Below, one piece after another: positions 1-8,062 of a stretch of DNA of 64,000 nt; the stretch's first letter is position 1; every line of letters begins with the position of its first letter. The stretch is taken from the IMG/VR virus record IMGVR_UViG_3300046798_000046, one strand, 5' to 3'. The position numbers and the translations under genes are program-made. The notes under the pieces were generated by a model. It ran no database searches. It had not been told where the DNA came from and saw only the letters and a program-made list of their open reading frames with translations. This DNA comes from an uncultured virus (IMG/VR IMGVR_UViG_3300046798_000046) (lineage: Duplodnaviria > Heunggongvirae > Uroviricota > Caudoviricetes).

Positions 1-216
1 GGGCGCGGCGGGGGGGGTCGCCTGGGGCGCGAGCGGGGGGGCCAGGAGGCGCGGGGGCGCGGGGGCCAGCGGGGGCGGGGCGGGCGGGGGCACCTGGACG
101 ACGGGGGCCACGGAGGGGGGCGCGGGGGCCGGGGCCAACTGGCGCGCCACCAGGACATCGACGACGAGCGCGACGACGCAGAGAGCCAGGAACAGCGCGC
201 GGCGGCGGGGAGTCAT
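1..216 (-). CDS. Partial (runs off window edge) membrane-anchored or secreted Pro-rich protein
   Basis: ATG at 216 with AGGAG SD; translates MTPRRRALFLALCVVALVVDVLVARQLAPAPAPP...; frame open to position 1. Confidence 0.7.
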   Translation of the reverse strand, partial: MTPRRRALFLALCVVALVVDVLVARQLAPAPAPPSVAPVVQVPPPAPPPLAPAPPRLLAPPLAPQATPPAAP

Positions 217-247
217 GCGGTCTCCTGTCGGGGGAAACGGACAGGCC

Positions 248-256
248 AGTCTAGCA
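248..256 (-). promoter_or_regulatory. Extended -10 element TGCTAGACT
   Basis: TGnTAnnnT consensus just downstream of a hairpin and upstream of SD/ATG at 216. Confidence 0.5.
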
Positions 257-266
257 CGAAACGCGG

Positions 267-311
267 ACGGCGGAACCCCGAAAACCCATATAGGGCAAGG
301 GATTCCGCCGT
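267..311 (-). terminator. Hairpin, probable intrinsic terminator
   Basis: Inverted repeat ACGGCGGAA/TTCCGCCGT just downstream of CDS 324-605. Confidence 0.5.
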
Positions 312-323
312 TGTGTGCGGGCG

Positions 324-605
324 CTAGTCCGGGGCGACGTCGCGGTCACAGTCCCGGCAATAGGCGTCCCCCTTCGGGCCGGGGTCGAGTTCGGCGTCAC
401 AGCCGGGGCAGACCAGCCCGCGCGTCTCGCCCTCGTCGTCGAGCGCGAACGATCCGACCGTGTTGCCGTTCGCGTCGAGGAGCTTGGCCGTGGCGATGCC
501 ACGGTCGAGGCGGTTCGTGACCACGCGGAGAATCCGGGCGATCTCGTTTTCGAGGTTCTCCGTAAAGGCCGCGTTGTCGCAGCGGATCGACAGGGTGAAC
601 TTCAT
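324..605 (-). CDS. Hypothetical phage protein with C-terminal CxxC...CxxC zinc ribbon
   Basis: 93 aa, GGAGG SD, ATGA overlap with upstream gene; CPGC and CRDC motifs. Confidence 0.7.
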   Translation of the reverse strand: MKFTLSIRCDNAAFTENLENEIARILRVVTNRLDRGIATAKLLDANGNTVGSFALDDEGETRGLVCPGCDAELDPGPKGDAYCRDCDRDVAPD

Positions 606-1159
606 GACGCCACCTCCACAGGTCGCGCTTCCTCAACCCAGGCGGCGATCTGCTGGTCGATCCGGGTCACGCCCGATCCCACCGAAGTCCAGATCCATCG
701 CTCGCCGGTCGTGTCCCGGCTGCGGGCCGTCCGCGTGAAGGCGATGCCCGCGCAGCCGAAGATTTCCGCCACGCGCCCCACGTACTCCCCGTACGTCCGC
801 GCGTAGCCGCGCTGGTCGGTGAGCTTGTCGAGCTTGCGGTCCAGGTCGGTGAGCGTTTTCGCCATGCGGATCGCCATGCGGCGGTCCACGCTGTAGACGT
901 CGTGGTACTCGCAGGAGTAGCCATAGACGGGCGGCTGGCCCGCACTCCGGGCGCGGCTCTGCTCGTCGCCCTGACAGCGCAGGCGCAGGTTGGAATACAG
1001 CGTCCCATCACTGTAGTGGTCGTCTGGCCCTTCGGGGGCCATGCTGCCGTGCCGGGAGACCTGGATCACGATCCGCCCGTCGATGTGGAAGTAGCCGGAC
1101 TCGCGGGTCTCGCTCATGAGCAGCCAGAGCGGGACCGTGGGGGGGTTGGCGCGGCTCAT
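602..1159 (-). CDS. Hypothetical phage protein
   Basis: Start re-called at MSRANPP (ATGA overlap, GGAGG SD). Confidence 0.7.
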   Translation of the reverse strand: MSRANPPTVPLWLLMSETRESGYFHIDGRIVIQVSRHGSMAPEGPDDHYSDGTLYSNLRLRCQGDEQSRARSAGQPPVYGYSCEYHDVYSVDRRMAIRMAKTLTDLDRKLDKLTDQRGYARTYGEYVGRVAEIFGCAGIAFTRTARSRDTTGERWIWTSVGSGVTRIDQQIAAWVEEARPVEVAS

Positions 1160-1656
1160 GCGGTCACCTCCTGGTCGTTCGCCACGCACGCGCCCAAGGT
1201 CTCCGCGAGGCTCGCGGCGTCGTACACCTCCGCTTGATGCCCGCGCGTCGGGTGCCACAGCGTCAAGCGCCCCATTTGGCTCAGGCCGACCAGATAGCCG
1301 GTGTCCCCAATCGGAATCAGGCTTGTGTCTGATTCGCCGTCGCGGGCGAGAATCGCCGCCTGGACAGCGGAGCCGTACCGCAAGCGGAAGGCGTCTCGCG
1401 CGGCCTCCCCGTAGGACACGAACACAAACCGATTGCCGCCTTCCAGGATGTCCCCGAAGCCGTCCCGGCGCACGGATTCATGGGGGTCCGCAAGCGCCTG
1501 GACGACGCGCGAGGACACGTCCGGATTCTTCACGCTGATCCGAATGGACGATCCCCCGCTGTAGACGTGGGAGACGACGGAGACATCGCGGGCCGTGAGA
1601 CCGAGCCTCCGCTTGAGGTCGGCGCGAATGAGTTGCGAGCGTTCGGCAGTGGTCAT
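1156..1656 (-). CDS. LPD29-like (large polyvalent protein-associated domain) protein
   Basis: IRADLKRRLG..VSVVSHVYSGGSSIRISV pattern resembles LPD29; ATGA overlap at start. Confidence 0.55.
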   Translation of the reverse strand: MTTAERSQLIRADLKRRLGLTARDVSVVSHVYSGGSSIRISVKNPDVSSRVVQALADPHESVRRDGFGDILEGGNRFVFVSYGEAARDAFRLRYGSAVQAAILARDGESDTSLIPIGDTGYLVGLSQMGRLTLWHPTRGHQAEVYDAASLAETLGACVANDQEVTA

Positions 1657-2003
1657 CGCAGCGCCTCCTGCAAGTCGGCCACGGTGAGCGAGCCAGCCGC
1701 CATCGAGGCGGCGAGCAGATCCGCGCGCGCCCGGAGCCGGGACTCCAAGAGCGCCTGTACCTTCGCGCTGAAACGGGTCGGCGCGTTGTCGAGGCGGCGA
1801 GCCGTCACACTGCGCGGGTCGCAGAGCGACACCTGAAAGTGCCCGTCCAGTTGTTTGCAGGGCGTGGCGCAGGCCCAAAAGCCGCGCCCCGGCGTGTGAT
1901 AGAGCGCGAAGTGAACGGCGTTCGCGTCGGGCAAGCCCCCGCGACAGTCGGCGGGCAGGGGAGGAAACGAGATCGGAATCTTCAGACTAACATCGCGTGA
2001 CAT
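1653..2003 (-). CDS. Hypothetical phage protein
   Basis: ATG preceded by GGAGCCAACC motif; first gene after promoter at 2059. Confidence 0.7.
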   Translation of the reverse strand: MSRDVSLKIPISFPPLPADCRGGLPDANAVHFALYHTPGRGFWACATPCKQLDGHFQVSLCDPRSVTARRLDNAPTRFSAKVQALLESRLRARADLLAASMAAGSLTVADLQEALR

Positions 2004-2052
2004 AGGGTTGGCTCCCGTGAATCTCGGCCCTCGAAACGAGAGGACGCGAGGC

Positions 2053-2070
2053 GTTTCAACTATAACACGG
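2053..2070 (-). promoter_or_regulatory. Conserved phage promoter (GTGTTATAGTTGAAAC), extended -10
   Basis: Same motif recurs at 3148, 4452, 5976, 10066, 15776, 23848 and 27175. Confidence 0.75.
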
Positions 2071-2094
2071 AACCGACTAGGCCCAACAACGAAA

Positions 2095-2123
2095 CGGCCC
2101 GGACTCCTGGGGAATCCGGGCCG
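2095..2123 (-). terminator. Intrinsic terminator
   Basis: CGGCCCGGA/TCCGGGCCG stem followed on the minus strand by TTTCGTTGTT. Confidence 0.65.
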
Positions 2124-2149
2124 GTGAGTAGGCACGAACGGGGAACAAA

Positions 2150-2542
2150 TCAGCCCATCGCAAAGTCGTGAATCGGGATCGGATAGCCATGATTGAGCGC
2201 GGCGAACCGGCTGTCACACGAGTACGCGAACGTGCCGCCGTCCGCGAGACACTGCGAGGCGAAGTCGGCCCCCAGGTCATAGAGGCACGGGGCCTGATCG
2301 CGCCCCATGAGGCCCGGTCGCCGGTCGAGGACCAAGATCCGTTCGGCGGGCGCGGGACGGGCGCGGAGGTCCGCGACCGTGTACGGCCCGCGCACGGTCG
2401 GGCCGGTGACGTAGAGGGCGCGGGGCGCGGGCGCGGCGGCGGTGCGGGCCTCACGGTAGAGATCCACGCTGATCGCTTGCCACGTATCGAGCGCCGTCAG
2501 CCGCCCGTCCTCGGTTAGCCGCTTGTCGGTCAGGGGAGCCAC
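2150..2542 (-). CDS. Hypothetical phage protein
   Basis: 130 aa ORF abutting upstream gene. Confidence 0.65.
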   Translation of the reverse strand: MAPLTDKRLTEDGRLTALDTWQAISVDLYREARTAAAPAPRALYVTGPTVRGPYTVADLRARPAPAERILVLDRRPGLMGRDQAPCLYDLGADFASQCLADGGTFAYSCDSRFAALNHGYPIPIHDFAMG

Positions 2543-2781
2543 TAGCCCACCTCCGCGTCGTTCGCCGGGTCGAGTTCGTAGCGCGCGTGCTCCAGGGCCA
2601 GCCGGGAGACGTAGGCCACGTCGCCGCCGTGGCTCACCGCCACGAACACCAGCAGGTCCGCGATCATGTCTTGCGCGGCGGTCTCCTGGTCGTTGGCGTG
2701 ACTCGCGCGTGGGTCATACGACAGCAGGGCGCGATACGCGCGCTCGTCGGTGGTTCGGCGTTTCTCTTTGAGGGTCGGCAT
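2542..2781 (-). CDS. Hypothetical phage protein
   Basis: 79 aa, GGAGG SD, tightly packed. Confidence 0.7.
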   Translation of the reverse strand: MPTLKEKRRTTDERAYRALLSYDPRASHANDQETAAQDMIADLLVFVAVSHGGDVAYVSRLALEHARYELDPANDAEVG

Positions 2782-2783
2782 GG

Positions 2784-3104
2784 CTAGACGGCCTCCGCGA
2801 ACTCAGAGGCCCGCCAAGCGTCGAGGATGGCCGCGCGGATCAAGTCCTGAGCGGTCGGGCTGGTCACAGGGCGCAGCAAGGCGAACGACCGGCGTTCGCC
2901 GTTCACCACGTACTGACGGGCCGGGAAGGTGACATTGAGACCGTCCCCGCCGCGACGTTGCCAGACGGCAAACCCCATGAGTCTCAGGCCATCGAGCAGC
3001 CCGCCCGAGAAATGCAATTCGACATCGGCGAGACGGCCTCCAGCCGCCCCCCCGGTCGCGTCGAGGAAGTGAATCGAAAACGTGGATGCGGACGTGTCGG
3101 TCAT
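2784..3104 (-). CDS. SpoVG-like nucleic-acid-binding protein
   Basis: RLADVELHF..G.LDGLRLMGFAVWQRRGG..LNVTFPARQY..GERRSF pattern resembles the SpoVG fold; GGAGCCAACC SD. Confidence 0.6.
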   Translation of the reverse strand: MTDTSASTFSIHFLDATGGAAGGRLADVELHFSGGLLDGLRLMGFAVWQRRGGDGLNVTFPARQYVVNGERRSFALLRPVTSPTAQDLIRAAILDAWRASEFAEAV

Positions 3105-3147
3105 TGGTTGGCTCCCAAGGTCTCGCCCGCAACATGCGGAGCGAGGA

Positions 3148-3168
3148 GTTCCAACTATAACACAACCG
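3148..3168 (-). promoter_or_regulatory. Conserved phage promoter (TGTGTTATAGTTGGAAC)
   Basis: Repeat of promoter motif. Confidence 0.75.
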
Positions 3169-3171
3169 AAA

Positions 3172-3203
3172 CCGGCCCGATGTCACGAGGGACACCGGGC
3201 CGG
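3172..3203 (-). terminator. Intrinsic terminator
   Basis: CCGGCCCG/CGGGCCGG stem, followed by TTTC on the minus strand. Confidence 0.6.
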
Positions 3204-3227
3204 GTGAGAGCGCGAGCGCGGGGACAG

Positions 3228-3734
3228 CTAGTCCCAGTGATTCCCCGGAGGCGGGGCGTCCAGGGTCACGGTGGCGGCGAGCTTGTCGTACTCGATGTTC
3301 GCCTGGAGTTCCGCGAACGCTTGCGCGGCGTCCGGGCCGGTGAGCCGGATGAGGTACGCGCCGTCCTGGGGCGGGCGCGACGACGCGGGCGCGGGCGTCG
3401 TCTCCGCAAACACGCGGTCAATGAACGTCTCGGTGCCGATGGTCTCGCGCTCCAGGTCCTCCAGGGCGAGCCGCAACCGGGCACGGGTCGCGGTCAGTTC
3501 CGCCTGAAGGGACGCGACGGTCGGCGGGGATACGGGCGTCAACTCGAACGCCTCGACTTCGCGGTCGGTCAACTGGCCGTCGTAGGCGATGACCCCGTGC
3601 CGGAACGTGCCTTCCGGCAGGTCAGTACGGAGCGGGTACGATCCCGCCGTCCCGCGTTCCACCAGGGTGTAGCCCTTCGGCACGGCAAAGGCGACAGGGC
3701 GATTGGTCAGGCCGTAGAGGAAGCGGTCAGCCAT
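3228..3734 (-). CDS. DarA C-terminal-domain-like protein (defence-against-restriction family) with coiled coil
   Basis: YGLTNRP...VPKGY...RHGVIAYDGQLTDREVEAFELTP matches the remembered DarA_C pattern; TGATG overlap. Confidence 0.6.
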   Translation of the reverse strand: MADRFLYGLTNRPVAFAVPKGYTLVERGTAGSYPLRTDLPEGTFRHGVIAYDGQLTDREVEAFELTPVSPPTVASLQAELTATRARLRLALEDLERETIGTETFIDRVFAETTPAPASSRPPQDGAYLIRLTGPDAAQAFAELQANIEYDKLAATVTLDAPPPGNHWD

Positions 3735-4141
3735 CAGAACCCCGCCGTTTCGCAGGAGCAGGCCACGCCGGGGCGGTGGGTCGTGCCGCACGCGGAGCAG
3801 CGCACGGGCGCGGCCTCGGGCGTCAGCGGGGGAACCGGCGTGGTAGACACGGCGGGCAGATGTTCGGGGCGTTTGGCCTCGACGATCTCGCACTGGTCGA
3901 TCTCGGCGGCGAGCTTGGCCTCGATAGCCGCGATGAGGACGGGGATCTTGTTGGTCTTCAGGCCGGTCTCGGCTTTGGCGACCGGCAGGACCTTGACCCG
4001 GCTGAGGTCGAACCCGGTTTTCTCGCGGAAGCGCAGGGCGATGATCATGGTGCGAAGGCGGAAGGCGTTGACGGCGTGCGGGCCGGAACACGAGGCCAGT
4101 TCGCCGTTGGCGCGATTGGTGATGATGCTGCGTTCAGTCAT
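3734..4141 (-). CDS. Hypothetical protein with C-terminal Cys/His cluster
   Basis: 135 aa; CSACGTTH...CSC. Confidence 0.65.
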   Translation of the reverse strand: MTERSIITNRANGELASCSGPHAVNAFRLRTMIIALRFREKTGFDLSRVKVLPVAKAETGLKTNKIPVLIAAIEAKLAAEIDQCEIVEAKRPEHLPAVSTTPVPPLTPEAAPVRCSACGTTHRPGVACSCETAGF

Positions 4142-4143
4142 GG

Positions 4144-4407
4144 CTAGTTGAACTCCACTGGGGAAACGGACACGTCGAGACGGCGCAAGGCGAACACGGC
4201 GTCATCGCCCGCCCGCTGCCAGCGGTGCCAGAAGTCGGGCATCGGCTCGGCACTGACGCGATAGTAGGCGGCGAAGGCTTCCACAGCCTGAAGGACGGCC
4301 CGCCATGCGACGACGGTTTGTTGGGCCTGGGCGACGTTGAGACGGCGCGTGAGCACCGCCTTGAAGGTCTGGTACTGACGTTGGGCGAACGCAGGATCGA
4401 AGGACAT
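4144..4407 (-). CDS. Hypothetical phage protein
   Basis: Start at MSFDPAF after GGAGCCAACC. Confidence 0.7.
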   Translation of the reverse strand: MSFDPAFAQRQYQTFKAVLTRRLNVAQAQQTVVAWRAVLQAVEAFAAYYRVSAEPMPDFWHRWQRAGDDAVFALRRLDVSVSPVEFN

Positions 4408-4451
4408 TTGGGTTGGCTCCTCTGGGCCGGTCGCGTTATGCGACACGGCGA

Positions 4452-4470
4452 GTTCCAACTATAGCACAAC
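4452..4470 (-). promoter_or_regulatory. Conserved phage promoter (TGTGCTATAGTTGGAAC)
   Basis: Repeat of promoter motif. Confidence 0.75.
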
Positions 4471-4475
4471 GGAAA

Positions 4476-4505
4476 CGGGCCGGTCCTCCGAGAGGAACCG
4501 GCCCG
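4476..4505 (-). terminator. Intrinsic terminator
   Basis: CGGGCCGGT/ACCGGCCCG stem, TTTC tail on the minus strand. Confidence 0.6.
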
Positions 4506-4529
4506 CAGGTCGAGGTCAGGCGCGGAACG

Positions 4530-4793
4530 CTACCACGCGATGTCTTTGAGCAGGTCGGAGAGCATCCCGAGACACCCGGAGCGCCCGCAATCGAGGCAGG
4601 TCACATCCACGTAGGATTCCCCGCCGTCGCTCGTGATGTGCGCGGAGGCGAGGTCCGGGCGATGCAAGCGATGGGTCGTCGGGCAGATGTCGTCCTCGGC
4701 GTAGGCGTGGCCGCAGTCGGCGCACTCCCAGGCGTAGAACTGGTCCCCAGGCTCGCGGGCGACCATCGCGCTGTGTTGGCAGGCCAGGGCCAT
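4530..4793 (-). CDS. Small Cys/His-rich (zinc-binding) protein
   Basis: CADCGH and CLDCG motifs; TAATG overlap. Confidence 0.65.
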   Translation of the reverse strand: MALACQHSAMVAREPGDQFYAWECADCGHAYAEDDICPTTHRLHRPDLASAHITSDGGESYVDVTCLDCGRSGCLGMLSDLLKDIAW

Positions 4794-5008
4794 TAGGTCC
4801 GCTCCTTGATCGCGTCCCAGGCTCGCTGTGCCCGTGCGACGAGATCGGCCACGTCGGACACGTCCAGGTCCATCGCGCGGGCCAGATCCTCCAGGCGTCC
4901 GCGAAAGCCGCCCGTGGCCTCCAGTTCCGCGATGAGCCTCGGAAACTGGATCGCGTTGTTCTTCCAGTTCTTGTTCGGGTCGGGCGAGACGGTTGGGCGG
5001 GTCATCAC
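4793..5008 (-). CDS. Hypothetical protein
   Basis: 71 aa, overlaps both neighbours by 1-4 nt. Confidence 0.6.
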   Translation of the reverse strand: MMTRPTVSPDPNKNWKNNAIQFPRLIAELEATGGFRGRLEDLARAMDLDVSDVADLVARAQRAWDAIKERT

Positions 5009-5208
5009 TCGCCCCCCTTTCCCGGCAAGCGAATGAATCCGCGCAGTCCCGCGAACACGGGACTGTCGGGCGTGTAGATGTAGTGGATCGCGTCGGGCGT
5101 GATGGCGGTCACGAGGCCCGCGAGGAGGGGCAGCTTGGACGGCGTGATGCGGATCGGGATGGTATCCCCGATCCGCAGGCGGCGGGCAGCGGTGCGAACC
5201 TTGTTCAT
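5005..5208 (-). CDS. Hypothetical protein
   Basis: Start MNKVRTAA with ATGA overlap. Confidence 0.55.
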   Translation of the reverse strand: MNKVRTAARRLRIGDTIPIRITPSKLPLLAGLVTAITPDAIHYIYTPDSPVFAGLRGFIRLPGKGGE

Positions 5209-5936
5209 GCCCGCCCCCCCAGCGCCCGCCCGGTCACGAGACTGCCCCGGCTCGCGTTGATCGAGATGGTCGCGCCGTCGCGCTTGCCCTGGGCGCGGGC
5301 GTTGCTGTCGTAGGTCGAACGGCCCCCGCCGCGCTTGTGCAGCTTGAAGTTGGCCCGCTGCCACGCCTCGACGGTCGCCATGCGCTGCGCGACCTTCGCA
5401 AGCCCCTGGTTGACCAGCACGAGCGCCCCCGGCGTGGCCTGGGCGCGGGCCTCGGCCTCGAATGCCTTGTGCTGCGCGGCGAACGTGTCGGAGATGGCCG
5501 AGACCGCCCCCAAGCGGTAGTTGTTCAGCCACGTCGTCCCGCTGCCGCGATACTGATTGGCGAGGCGGGTGACTTCGCCCGCGAGGTAGGCGTGCAGGTA
5601 GCGAACGGTCTCGACATCGGACGGGCGACCGATGAGGAACACGCGCCCGCCCGAGGCGTACGGCTTGCAGGCGTTCGCCTTGCAGACGACCTGGGCCAGC
5701 CAGGAGTTCCAGCGGCCCGTGCCGCCGAGCGCCATCGCGGGGTCGCCGAAGTGGGTCACCGGCTCGTCAGGCGCGGCCTGGGCGGTACTGTCGAGCGAGA
5801 GCATCGCCTCCGAGAGGTTGTGCTGATCGATGAGCCGTTGCGCGGCAGCGCCAGCGGCAGCGGCCTCGGCGGGACTGTTGTTGTTCTGTGAGAGTTTGAG
5901 CAGCTTGTGAACGCGGGCGATAATCGGATCGGTCAT
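5205..5936 (-). CDS. DUF2786-domain protein
   Basis: IIARVHKLLKLSQNNNSPAEAAAAGAAAQRLIDQHNL is the typical DUF2786 N-terminus; GGAGCCAACC SD. Confidence 0.8.
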   Translation of the reverse strand: MTDPIIARVHKLLKLSQNNNSPAEAAAAGAAAQRLIDQHNLSEAMLSLDSTAQAAPDEPVTHFGDPAMALGGTGRWNSWLAQVVCKANACKPYASGGRVFLIGRPSDVETVRYLHAYLAGEVTRLANQYRGSGTTWLNNYRLGAVSAISDTFAAQHKAFEAEARAQATPGALVLVNQGLAKVAQRMATVEAWQRANFKLHKRGGGRSTYDSNARAQGKRDGATISINASRGSLVTGRALGGRA

Positions 5937-5975
5937 GGGTTGGCTCCTCGGTCCCGGCGAGATTGCCGGAACATA

Positions 5976-5996
5976 GTTCCAACTATAACACAACCG
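5976..5996 (-). promoter_or_regulatory. Conserved phage promoter (TGTGTTATAGTTGGAAC)
   Basis: 21-nt identity with the copy at 3148. Confidence 0.75.
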
Positions 5997-6008
5997 GAGC
6001 GGCGGATT

Positions 6009-6218
6009 TTACGGGCGCGGCGGGCGGTCGTTCTGCGGCGGCAAGGCATCCGGCATCGCCACACACCCGCCGTAGGTCGGGCCGAAGGCGTAGCCGTTCC
6101 AGGACCCGTCCGCGCCGCGCGCCTTCCGCACGGTGCGCCAGCCGTCCGCATCGAGCCAGCCCGAGACGGTCACGCCACAATGCGGACACGTCACCGTCGA
6201 GTCGGGCGCGGGGATCAT
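6009..6218 (-). CDS. Small hypothetical protein (CPHC motif)
   Basis: 69 aa, ATGA overlap. Confidence 0.5.
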   Translation of the reverse strand: MIPAPDSTVTCPHCGVTVSGWLDADGWRTVRKARGADGSWNGYAFGPTYGGCVAMPDALPPQNDRPPRP

Positions 6219-6457
6219 CGGAAGCGGGCCTGGAGCCGAGCCTGGGAATCCTGATAGAGACGGAAGGCGGTTTGTTGTTGCGCGCAGAGGTCGGCCAGTT
6301 GGGCCGGGGTCAGGGACTCGTTGCCGCGCAGAGTGGTGAAGTCAAAGGGGACGGGCGGGATCGGCGCGACGACGAGGGCCGGACGCGACGGGCGTACCAG
6401 TCCCCCGGGGACCAGTCCCGCGAGAAACTGAAGCACGCCACGTCGCGTCACGGTCAT
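6215..6457 (-). CDS. Small protein with twin-arginine-like N-terminus
   Basis: MTVTRRGVLQFLAGL resembles the S/TRRxFL Tat motif. Confidence 0.5.
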   Translation of the reverse strand: MTVTRRGVLQFLAGLVPGGLVRPSRPALVVAPIPPVPFDFTTLRGNESLTPAQLADLCAQQQTAFRLYQDSQARLQARFR

Positions 6458-6463
6458 GGTCGG

Positions 6464-6658
6464 CTACGCGGTCGTGTCGGGTGTCTCGGGCAGTTCCTGA
6501 TCGGGGTGCGGCCCCTCGGGGAGTTCCTGATCGGGGCGGTGCCCAGGCGTGCCGGGTAAGCCGTGATCGGGACGGACGGGACGGTGGCCGGGTTTGCCCG
6601 GTAGCCCGTGATCGGGGTGCGGGGTATCGGGGAGATCCTGATTCGGCTTGTCAGTCAT
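6464..6658 (-). CDS. Small Pro/His/Asp-rich repeat peptide
   Basis: GGAGG SD; PDHGLP x2, PDQELP x2, PNQDLP. Confidence 0.6.
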   Translation of the reverse strand: MTDKPNQDLPDTPHPDHGLPGKPGHRPVRPDHGLPGTPGHRPDQELPEGPHPDQELPETPDTTA

Positions 6659-6766
6659 GCGGGTATCCTCCAAACGGGAAACGAAACGACCGGCGCAGCG
6701 AAGGCCCCCCACCGAGACGTGAAAGGAGAAACAGCGGCTCGGATCTTGTCCTCGCCGCGCCGGTAC

Positions 6767-7321
6767 CTAGTGGGTCGCCTTGGCGGCGGGGTCCTCGTCG
6801 TCGTCGGACATCCAGCCGTAGGTGATCGACCCGGTGTGTTCAGTCAGATCCTTGAGCAGCCCGAAGTGCTTCGCCATATTGGCGAGCGCGACGTTCTTGT
6901 CCCACAACTTGATTTCCGTGCTGCGGTCGCCGCTCTTGGCGAGCGTGATCTTGACCGCCGAAATCGCGCCCGCCATGCCATCGGGCCAGTCCCGGATGGG
7001 CACCATGTTGCCCTGGTCATCAAACACCCGCCGCAGATCGGCGCGACAGATTTTCGAGAAGTGTCGGAGAATCTCGTCGGGCGTGATGTTTTCGTCTTCC
7101 ATCCGAAGGAGCTTGCGCGCCGAGGCCCGCGAAATACCGTCCCTGATCCGCTCGCTCTTGAGCAGGTCATACGCCTGCGAGCCTGCTGTTTTGCGGCTGT
7201 AGCCCGCACGAATCGCGGCCTGGGTGCCGTTGAGGTCCCGGACGTACTCCGCGCAGAAGCGGATCTGTTGCGGCGTGAGGGGCAGCGTCTTATTCTCGCT
7301 GATCCGGTGAGACTTGCTCAT
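6767..7321 (-). CDS. terS: Terminase small subunit
   Basis: LTPQQIRFCAEYVRDLNGTQAAIRAGYS.KTA...AYDLLK and IKLWDKNVALANMAKHFGL are Terminase_2-type motifs; TGCTAAAAT -10 at 7332-7340. Confidence 0.9.
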   Translation of the reverse strand: MSKSHRISENKTLPLTPQQIRFCAEYVRDLNGTQAAIRAGYSRKTAGSQAYDLLKSERIRDGISRASARKLLRMEDENITPDEILRHFSKICRADLRRVFDDQGNMVPIRDWPDGMAGAISAVKITLAKSGDRSTEIKLWDKNVALANMAKHFGLLKDLTEHTGSITYGWMSDDDEDPAAKATH

Positions 7322-7483
7322 GTGGGGGGCGATTTTAGCACGACCCCGCTCAGGACTTCCGCCAGAACGCGAGCGCGGCGGCGCGGCGGCGCCCACAGCG
7401 GGCGCACGTTTGGACGGAATAGCCGAGCACATGCAGCGACCGAACCCAGCGGTGCCGGAACCAGCACCGCCAGGAGCGGCGGA

Positions 7484-7732
7484 TCACGGCCCGTCCTCAT
7501 CGAATAGCCCGCCCTGGTCGGGCGCGGGCGCGGTCGCCGTGGTTCGCATCGCCGGGGGCAGGGACAGCGCGAAGGTCTCGACCTGGACGGGGATGTCGAG
7601 GAACCGGGCGTACCAGAACAACGCGCCTTTGATGGCGTCCTCAGTCGTGCGGAAGGCGCCCGCGCGGCGGATCTCGTCGAGGACGGCCCGCTCGTCGTCC
7701 GAGAACACGAGCATCAGCACGAGTCGCCCCAT
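7484..7732 (-). CDS. Hypothetical protein
   Basis: ORF with plausible composition; start uncertain (7732 or 7714). Confidence 0.5.
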   Translation of the reverse strand: MGRLVLMLVFSDDERAVLDEIRRAGAFRTTEDAIKGALFWYARFLDIPVQVETFALSLPPAMRTTATAPAPDQGGLFDEDGP

Positions 7733-7874
7733 CGGTATACGGACTGGTCTGCCAGTCCTCGACGGGCGGGCAGGGACACGCGAACACATGCGCCTGATGC
7801 AGCACGCACCAGAACTCCTCGCACTCGCCACACGGCACCCAGGCCGGATACCGTCGCCGCACGCGTAGAGGCAT
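7641..7874 (-). CDS. Small Cys-rich hypothetical protein
   Basis: CGECEEFWC..H..H...CPC; overlaps next ORF. Confidence 0.45.
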   Translation of the reverse strand: MPLRVRRRYPAWVPCGECEEFWCVLHQAHVFACPCPPVEDWQTSPYTDGATRADARVLGRRAGRPRRDPPRGRLPHD

Positions 7875-7882
7875 GAGTCATC

Positions 7883-8062
7883 CTATGCCCTCGGGAACGC
7901 CGCAGGATGCCGCGCCTGCATCGCGGCCCGTTCCGCGTCGGTGCGGGTGAGCATGGGCACCCGGTCGCCGCAGCGGGCACACACGAGCCAGCGCCGACCG
8001 TCTGGCGTCCGCTCCCGCAAGCGATCCGCGTGCGAACACCAGAACGCGCGCAGGCGGGTCAT
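7883..8062 (-). CDS. Small zinc-ribbon-like protein
   Basis: MTRLRAFWCSH...CARCG; overlaps helicase stop. Confidence 0.55.
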   Translation of the reverse strand: MTRLRAFWCSHADRLRERTPDGRRWLVCARCGDRVPMLTRTDAERAAMQARHPAAFPRA

